Virus record (IMG/VR): IMGVR_UViG_3300025161_000004
Location: 182,769-246,768 of that record
DNA length: 64,000 nt
Reading direction: 5' to 3' (one strand)
Numbering within the stretch: position 1 is the first letter of the stretch; each line of letters opens with the position of its first letter. Below the pieces are notes generated by a model. It was not told the DNA's origin. It did no database searches and saw nothing but the letters and a program-made list of their open reading frames with translations. Below are positions 57,281 to 64,000 of this stretch, one piece after another. The translations under genes were made by a program, and so were the position numbers.

Positions 57281-57694
57281 ATGAATACTAATTTTGATTA
57301 TTTAGTTGAAAGTCTTGACGACTTAACGGAAGATGAAAAGGCTAGGTTAGTAACCTATTTTAAAGAATCGATAACATACATTAATTCAAATTATAAACAT
57401 GAAGAGTTGTATAAAAAACAACTTGTTGTATGGATGATAAGAAACCTTATAAATGAAATTAAATTAAATGAAGTGCAATCATTTATTGATGACTGGTTTA
57501 AACGTACCAACATAAACAGTGATGAAATAATTAAATTAAAGGGGTGTTATTATTATTATGAGGATAATGATCAACTCTATTTAGGTATTGCTGAAAAAAT
57601 AATGCAAGAAAGAAGAAATAATGGATCATTATCTGGATTATTAAATTTAGTAATATCTTTATTCACTTTACAATGTTTCAAAATATTTCATTGA
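57281..57694 (+). CDS. Hypothetical protein
   Basis: 137 aa ORF. Confidence 0.65.
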   Translation: MNTNFDYLVESLDDLTEDEKARLVTYFKESITYINSNYKHEELYKKQLVVWMIRNLINEIKLNEVQSFIDDWFKRTNINSDEIIKLKGCYYYYEDNDQLYLGIAEKIMQERRNNGSLSGLLNLVISLFTLQCFKIFH

Positions 57695-57990
57695 GAACCA
57701 ATATAAAAATATTACCCAATAGCTCAACCATACTTAGTTTTTTTATGTTAAATGGGATTTTGCATGAAAAATCGAGTACTCATTTATTAGTTAATTATAG
57801 TTTCTTTAAGAGAAATAATTCTGATGAATCGACACCAAAATATGAGGGTGAGGTGCTACTATATCCTTTTAATCGCACACATACTTATTATAAATTAATC
57901 GATAAGACAATTCATTATTCAAAAATAAATAGAGCTAAAAAGAAATATAGGACAGAATTTCTAAACTTAATTAGAAATGAAAGTTTTTAA
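57673..57990 (+). CDS. Hypothetical protein
   Basis: 105 aa ORF; start uncertain. Confidence 0.5.
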   Translation: MFQNISLRTNIKILPNSSTILSFFMLNGILHEKSSTHLLVNYSFFKRNNSDESTPKYEGEVLLYPFNRTHTYYKLIDKTIHYSKINRAKKKYRTEFLNLIRNESF

Positions 57991-58323
57991 AAATACTATT
58001 TGATTCAAATTTGTTTAATAAGACCGTAACATCTTGATTTCAATATTCTGCGTTTACCAATAAAAGATATATTAATGGAGAAGACTAAACTATTCTCTAT
58101 ACCATTCCAGATGGTGTTAAAAAATTAAAAATTGCTGGTATTTATTATATTCTTAATAAATCACATGAAAAATCTCATTAAATCAAAACAAGAGCTATTT
58201 TTGAACTAAAGAAGATAAGTAAACAAAAGTATTATCTAAATAAGATGGTAAATCTAATTGGGATAAATCACATAAAAAATTTACAAAAAAAGAAAAGCCT
58301 AAAAATACATGTATTTATTAAAT

Positions 58324-59361
58324 ATGGCAAGTAAACAACGTCTTTTCGAGATTTTTCAATACGTAACAAAAGCCAAAATAAATGAAGCTAATAGCCATGA
58401 TATAATAATTAAAAAGGGTACTGAATTATTCCATGGTACAATAGAACAATTCAAAAAAGAAAAGGCTGGTGTTGGTGGATATGATAATATATTTTGGACA
58501 ACAGATTCACCTGCTATAGCTCAAACATATATCCCTGTTGCAAGTAAATACCATATTAAGAGTGAACATCTTGCAATGCCAACGAATAATAAAATAATAC
58601 AAGACTTTCAAAAAAGCATAGGTATAGATTATGATTATACTCAGGTAGAATTTGATGGTAATAGATTGATATCCTATAAAGAAGCACCAATATTTAGGGA
58701 TTATTCCAATAAAGTAAATGAATTAAATTATGCTGTTGTTCGTGCCTATACCAAATTGAATGACATGCATAAGAAATTTCTTGAAATGTATAAAGCCGAC
58801 CAAGATGTTCCAGATGATTTTCTTGAAGAATATAAGAGGGTTGAAGATGAATATCATAGATTAGAAACAGAAAATAAAAAATATAATCTTGAAAAATATA
58901 AAAACGATTATGTAAATCAGCAATTAGCTAAGTTAGGGTACACCCCAATAAATATAGGTAGTAACGGTAATCATAGTTGGGAATTATTATATGATAATAA
59001 TAAAATTCAACCTGCAAATTATAGAGCTAAGGGTAGACTCCTAATAGTTACTCCTAAACGTGATCTTAGAATTTATGATAATACTTTGGGTGGCAGCACC
59101 GAAGGAGATTTAACCGATCCTGAATATCATAAATTAGATTTATTCAAAATTGTCGAAAAACAAGGCTACGATGGTATTAAAATTAATGATTTTGCCCAAA
59201 GTAGTGATTGGGGTAACGTTAACCACACATCAATAGGACTTTTTAAAAAAACCCTAAAAGATCTTAATTTTGAAGAAATTGAGGCAATTCACCACGATTT
59301 ATCTGATGTGTCTAAAGACTGGAAAACGCCTGAATACAAAAAATTCAAAGGTTTAGCATAA
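58324..59361 (+). CDS. Protein with a split ADP-ribosyltransferase-like fold and shared N-terminal motif
   Basis: LFHGT...FWTTDSPAIAQTY...GYDGIKIND; MASKQRLFE; GTATTTAT upstream. Confidence 0.55.
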   Translation: MASKQRLFEIFQYVTKAKINEANSHDIIIKKGTELFHGTIEQFKKEKAGVGGYDNIFWTTDSPAIAQTYIPVASKYHIKSEHLAMPTNNKIIQDFQKSIGIDYDYTQVEFDGNRLISYKEAPIFRDYSNKVNELNYAVVRAYTKLNDMHKKFLEMYKADQDVPDDFLEEYKRVEDEYHRLETENKKYNLEKYKNDYVNQQLAKLGYTPINIGSNGNHSWELLYDNNKIQPANYRAKGRLLIVTPKRDLRIYDNTLGGSTEGDLTDPEYHKLDLFKIVEKQGYDGIKINDFAQSSDWGNVNHTSIGLFKKTLKDLNFEEIEAIHHDLSDVSKDWKTPEYKKFKGLA

Positions 59362-59547
59362 TTACTTATTTTTGTGTATATTTGAATTTAATGATGAATT
59401 CCAATGCTTCTGGTAAATAACCAGAAGCAAGTTTGTTTCATTGATAATGAGATTTTTAATCATGAATTTAAAATTATTTTTTAGATTAAAATTAGATGGT
59501 AAAAAAATACTATATTGATATTGATTACAAACTAAAATAAATATCAT

Positions 59548-59754
59548 ATGGAAAATAAAAGAAAAAAATATTTATCCCACATAACATCAAATAACGGAGA
59601 GTTTGTATCCTGTTTAATAATAATTGATAATTTACGATATAATTTGGAAGGTGGGGCTATAACCTATAATGAACCCATACCCGAATATCATTTAGATAAA
59701 TATAATGCATCTAAAAGTTATCTTACTACAACGACTTTAACACCGATAGATTAG
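59548..59754 (+). CDS. Small hypothetical protein
   Basis: 68 aa ORF. Confidence 0.5.
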   Translation: MENKRKKYLSHITSNNGEFVSCLIIIDNLRYNLEGGAITYNEPIPEYHLDKYNASKSYLTTTTLTPID

Positions 59755-59777
59755 GATTAAATTTAAAACACTTTATC

Positions 59778-60269
59778 GTGAATAAAAAGATGGTGACACC
59801 ATATATAAATCAATATAAAAATCTATATACTTCTCAGCATAATAAATTGATTATGGAATATGAAAAACAATTAGATGCACAAATGGCTGAATTAGATATG
59901 CATTTTTCTATGCTGATGAAGCGACTTTATTTTTCAGATAATGAATTCGAAAGAATTACTATGTTAGTTTATTATGACCAAAAACTAATTATAAAATATG
60001 GTCTTAGAGTTGATTTTTATTTTTCGAGACATGACCGAGATGGTGAACATATATACTACACCTATACAATAAAGACTCAAGAACAACTCAAAGCCTTAGT
60101 TAATTACATCCTACTTAATAATCAAAATAGCATTCAAACAATTTTCAATACCTTTTATAACTATGAAAATAGTTCACAGAAAAAATGGAAATTGAAAATA
60201 AATAAATTAGGATTCTATATTAGATCATTCTTATTTCCAAAGAAATGGATATCAGAACATATGAATTAA
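59778..60269 (+). CDS. Hypothetical protein
   Basis: 163 aa ORF. Confidence 0.6.
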   Translation: MNKKMVTPYINQYKNLYTSQHNKLIMEYEKQLDAQMAELDMHFSMLMKRLYFSDNEFERITMLVYYDQKLIIKYGLRVDFYFSRHDRDGEHIYYTYTIKTQEQLKALVNYILLNNQNSIQTIFNTFYNYENSSQKKWKLKINKLGFYIRSFLFPKKWISEHMN

Positions 60270-60343
60270 TATTTGCAGATCATTAAATAATTGAATTTAG
60301 ATTTTTTTATTTAGCAAATAGGATAATTTCCTATTATAGTGTT

Positions 60344-61375
60344 TTAATTTGTATATCCTTTCATTTTCTTAAGTAACTTCTGATTTTTTATTGCTTGTGT
60401 ATTTAAACCAGATTTCTTTGGCTGTTTACCGTGTAATAGTAAAGCAAAATTTTTATCGGAATTATAAGCTAAACTATCATCTACATCGATAGGTAGTTTC
60501 AATTCCTTTGCTTCTTCTGGGCTAGTCACTATTTGTGAATATCTTAAATTATATTTATCAATCAAGTGATCATATTTTCCGCCCTTGCTAGCAATTAATT
60601 TAAGATTAGGTGGTATCTGTCCTAATCTGGCAACCCAATATGGTAATGCTTTTGTGTAGGTATAAAACTTAATATTCGGATTATTTTTTGCAACCTCCAA
60701 CCAAGCATCAAAGTATTCCTGACTAAAAAAATCACCCGATTCATGTATTCTGAATAATGAGAAGTTCTTACCAGCATATTCCAATGATTTTTCAATCAAT
60801 TCAGCCATTCCCTTCACGTCACCCTTGAATTTTTGTAATAAGTCAAAATTTCTCCATCTTGAATTTTGTACATTTGGATAGATTAATTCTGTGGATGCAG
60901 CATAGCAACGAATATCACCAGTATCCATAATCTTCATGCCCGAGGATTTAAATTTGCTTCTATCTTTTTTGACGAATGATTTGCAAACATTAGCAAATGG
61001 ACATGTATTTCCTGCAGGTAATGAGAAATATGGATGATTCAGTTTAGCATTACCACCCATAGAAATAGATAATACACAATCATTCTTTTCATCTATCTTA
61101 TCTGTTTTTACTAAATGAGCAAATGGATCGAAATTATCATTTTCTAGTAGTAAAGAGAATTCCTTTAGATAGGCTACATCTTCTCTTAAATTACCAGTTA
61201 ATTTATTATGGGCAGAAAAATGCTCTACTAAATTATGATATAATTCAGTATAATGACCTTCATTTAATTTTTTTAAGTATGAGTTCTTTGCAGCTTGTTC
61301 CAGTAAAGAACCCTTTTTTATACAACCCTTATTATATATAAATAGCTCCAGTAATCTTAATGAATTATCTTTCAT
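60344..61375 (-). CDS. Gp88-like (radical-SAM-related) phage protein
   Basis: FSLPAG.TCP.A..C...CYA...FRIHESGDFFSQEY..AW...FY.YTK. Confidence 0.8.
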   Translation of the reverse strand: MKDNSLRLLELFIYNKGCIKKGSLLEQAAKNSYLKKLNEGHYTELYHNLVEHFSAHNKLTGNLREDVAYLKEFSLLLENDNFDPFAHLVKTDKIDEKNDCVLSISMGGNAKLNHPYFSLPAGNTCPFANVCKSFVKKDRSKFKSSGMKIMDTGDIRCYAASTELIYPNVQNSRWRNFDLLQKFKGDVKGMAELIEKSLEYAGKNFSLFRIHESGDFFSQEYFDAWLEVAKNNPNIKFYTYTKALPYWVARLGQIPPNLKLIASKGGKYDHLIDKYNLRYSQIVTSPEEAKELKLPIDVDDSLAYNSDKNFALLLHGKQPKKSGLNTQAIKNQKLLKKMKGYTN

Positions 61376-61845
61376 ATTTTTTATAAATACTTAATTGATT
61401 CTAATTCGTAAGAACACTTAACATACTCAAATAATTATGAATCAAATATTTAAATTCATATCTGATTCGTATCTGGATAAAATGACTATATAATTATTTC
61501 ATTCGATAAAGATATTATACACTAATATAACTTACACAAAAGAATCTCATGGCAATGAGCGAGGTCCCGAACTCGGAAAATTTAATTTATAATCTAAAAT
61601 ACTTTATCAGACATATTAATTTATAATCTAAAATACTTTATCAGACACATAATATTTATCCCTTAAACCAAATGTATATCAGATATTACCATATTACCAT
61701 GTAACTACCACCAACAAAACACTACAATTTTAAAAATGATGCAAAAAAGGGAAACAGAATTGACATTTCAATTATTAGTGCCATTTTAAATAATGACAAA
61801 AATGAATATATTTACAACCCATACTTTAAAAATGGATAACATCTA

Positions 61846-62079
61846 TTGAAACCCATGAAAAATAAAATTGAAGTTGAGAATGTGATATTTATAACGAATC
61901 TTTCTGATATTGTTTATTGTGCCAATATTAAGGGTGATACATTTAATCCTGAAGGTGAGTTTATTATATATGAAGACATATGCTTTTATGAAAAAAAATC
62001 ACCAGAATCTATGATTCAACCATATCAAATCAACAAGAATAAAAAAACTATGATATTTGTGGAAAATCCACAGACATAA
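61846..62079 (+). CDS. Small hypothetical protein
   Basis: 77 aa ORF. Confidence 0.45.
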   Translation: MKPMKNKIEVENVIFITNLSDIVYCANIKGDTFNPEGEFIIYEDICFYEKKSPESMIQPYQINKNKKTMIFVENPQT

Positions 62080-62313
62080 AAATTACATTTAAATTGAATA
62101 TCATGTGTATCATAGGTTATTATTGAAGTCAGATGTTTTATTCATCATCATAATTCTTTTTAACGATTACTCCATTAACAGTTTTGAATATTCTTTTTGA
62201 AGTCCCATCCACTATTAGCTATATATTCTACATATTTTTTTATATTGATTAAAATTCACCTAAACCTAAGATGGAAAGTTCATCATATAAAACATCATAC
62301 TCTTATCAGGAAT

Positions 62314-62434
62314 TTTTTATAAAAAATTATAAAATTCTATATGTAAATTTTTAGATACAAAAAAAATGAAAGTACATCATATGAAAATATGATTCGCTTA
62401 ATAAGGTTTTTATAAAAAATTATAAAATTCTATA
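62314..62434 (+). repeat. Two direct copies of an approximately 27-bp AT-rich unit
   Basis: TTTTTATAAAAAATTATAAAATTCTATA near 62314 and 62407. Confidence 0.75.
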
Positions 62435-62496
62435 GCTAAATTTTTGGATCCCCAAAAAAATTTTTTTTATCTGGGATATAGGATTTCTAAAACCCA

Positions 62497-62605
62497 TATA
62501 AAACTGAAATTTCCTAAAAAAAAATATAAAACTGAAATTTCCTAAAAAAAAATATAAAACTGAAATTTCCTAAAAAAAAATATAAAACTGAAATTTCCTA
62601 AAAAA
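62497..62605 (+). repeat. Tandem repeat, 28 bp x about 3.9
   Basis: TATAAAACTGAAATTTCCTAAAAAAAAA at 62497, 62525, 62553 and 62581 (partial). Confidence 0.95.
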
Positions 62606-62619
62606 TTTTTTTCATGTAA

Positions 62620-62700
62620 GACCCCACCATACGGGTGGTGGGCCTGGACGGGGGTAGGGCCAAGGGGGGGATATGGTAATAGGTAGGGGGGGTATGGTAA
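62620..62700 (+). other. G-rich tract with G-quadruplex potential
   Basis: GGGTGGTGGGCCTGGACGGGGGTAGGGCCAAGGGGGGG...GGGGGGG in an AT-rich background. Confidence 0.7.
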
Positions 62701-62750
62701 GTAATTCCTATATATGCAAGGAAAATCAGATATATATTTAAACCTGAAAA

Positions 62751-62783
62751 AAAGAAAAGGGCTTTTCATGCCCTTTTCTTTCG
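62751..62783 (-). terminator. Bidirectional-looking terminator after the DUF932-like gene
   Basis: AAAGAAAAGGGC-TTTTCAT-GCCCTTTTCTTT. Confidence 0.75.
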
Positions 62784-62796
62784 TTTTAAACCTACT

Positions 62797-63615
62797 TTAA
62801 TTAAGTAGGTATTTCATGATATTTAAATCTAATTGTGCCCTCTTATCAGGCGTAAGACGGTTTAAATCGTTATTGTAAACGTAGCCCTCATTGAAAGCGT
62901 TGTAAATATCCCATCTATTGTTGGCATACAATGCACGCTCTAAAACTGCTCTTTTGTTTTTACCATCCTTACCGTATCCATTACTTATTTTTGTTGCGCT
63001 CATTACTTTTTCAACAAGTTCTGATGGCTTGTCAACTTTGGTTATTAACAAGGTTTCGATAGCCTTTGTTATCTCTTCTTTGTGTTTAATAATTTGTTCG
63101 ACGGTATCAAAAAAATCTATACTTGCCCTTAACGATTTTTTTGTGTGTTTACCGCCTTTTAAAAAGTCTTGGTCCACTACTGGAATTGACTTTCTGTACT
63201 CGGGCTTATCCCTCCCTATTAAGCCCGCAAAGAAAGAATATGTTAGCCAGCCATCATAGGAATGAATAACCGAAATCGTCAGAGACAAGTTTATATGCCG
63301 AATATCAAACGTTTCGGTGAACAATCTGTATTCGGCATAAAACTTAGAATAGTTAATGTGTGTATAAATCGAATCAAAGGGTATGTTTTTTTCTTTCAGG
63401 CTTGCCTCAATCACAGGAAATATTTCCGAATTGGGTATAAGGCAATAGACATCACTACACGACTGCAATTTGCGTTTGACGTTATTAATAGTTGCGACAA
63501 CATCGAATGCGCAATCAGGATTGCTTTCAGGGTACGGAGTCGGTACAATTTCAACAGGAAATAAAAAATCTTTCATTGTTGCTTTGTAGTACTTGTTTTT
63601 TGCTGTGTTTTTCAT
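62797..63615 (-). CDS. DUF932/DUF945-like protein
   Basis: CSDVYCLIPNSEIF...HSYDG...KHT...WD.YNAFN; CATATTTG promoter upstream. Confidence 0.7.
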   Translation of the reverse strand: MKNTAKNKYYKATMKDFLFPVEIVPTPYPESNPDCAFDVVATINNVKRKLQSCSDVYCLIPNSEIFPVIEASLKEKNIPFDSIYTHINYSKFYAEYRLFTETFDIRHINLSLTISVIHSYDGWLTYSFFAGLIGRDKPEYRKSIPVVDQDFLKGGKHTKKSLRASIDFFDTVEQIIKHKEEITKAIETLLITKVDKPSELVEKVMSATKISNGYGKDGKNKRAVLERALYANNRWDIYNAFNEGYVYNNDLNRLTPDKRAQLDLNIMKYLLN

Positions 63616-64000
63616 AGTTGCTGTATTTAAGTGTTTGTGTTTAACTGATGCAAATATGAAGAGTATTTTTTAATTACAAAATATTTTTTTAATTTTTTTT
63701 TTTCAAAAAAATGAAATTTAGAATTGTTCTAAATAATACAGAATGTAGGGTAGGTTGGAGTACACTCGGTACTGCATTATGATGCATTACAGGTACAAAG
63801 GTTTTAATAAAAAATGAGAATTCCAAATTTTTAACTAAAAAAATTTTACGGTGAAATTTAATAATTTGCCGTAAAAATTTGGATAATTCGAACCTTTGTT
63901 CTATATTTGTTTTATCGGTTCGAGTATTGCCGATGGTGGGGCGTTAATGCACTACCGCATCATCAAGGTACAAATGTAAATAGTAGTGCAAATTGTTCAA

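Overview
Very AT-rich, gene-dense segment of a jumbo phage genome. The host is most likely Bacteroidota: TAnnTTTG -7 promoters recur, Shine-Dalgarno motifs are not evident, and ClpP and NrdJ look Bacteroidota-like. All calls were made by eye, with no database searches. The window holds about 35 tRNA genes plus 4 degenerate ones in six groups. It also carries RNA repair genes (Rnl1 ligase, Pnkp, Thg1, NTase, phosphoesterase), an NAD salvage operon (NadM-Nudix, NadV, Prs, NrtR), class II RNR, ClpP, DNA modification genes, HNH proteins and many small unknown ORFs. Main discovery: five tRNA groups are each preceded by a promoter, an unannotated 22-39 aa leader peptide and an intrinsic terminator. 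Each leader is enriched in the amino acids (often the codons) served by the tRNAs downstream, and each contains a segment complementary to the 5' arm of its terminator. This is ribosome-stalling attenuation applied to phage tRNA operons, and the five operons together cover all 20 amino acids. A sixth unit pairs an amber suppressor tRNA(CUA) with two genes (one Pth2-like) that have an in-frame TAG at codon 3-4. The NAD operon promoter is overlapped by a perfect palindrome with an NrtR-type GT-N7-AC core. Together these suggest a phage that senses host-inflicted tRNA, termination and NAD depletion and switches on replacements on demand; this is inference. Also seen: an attC-like cassette array, a captured bacterial fragment carrying an M.RsrI-like methylase, tRNAs with unusual architecture, and a repeat/G-rich boundary near 62.3-62.8 kb.
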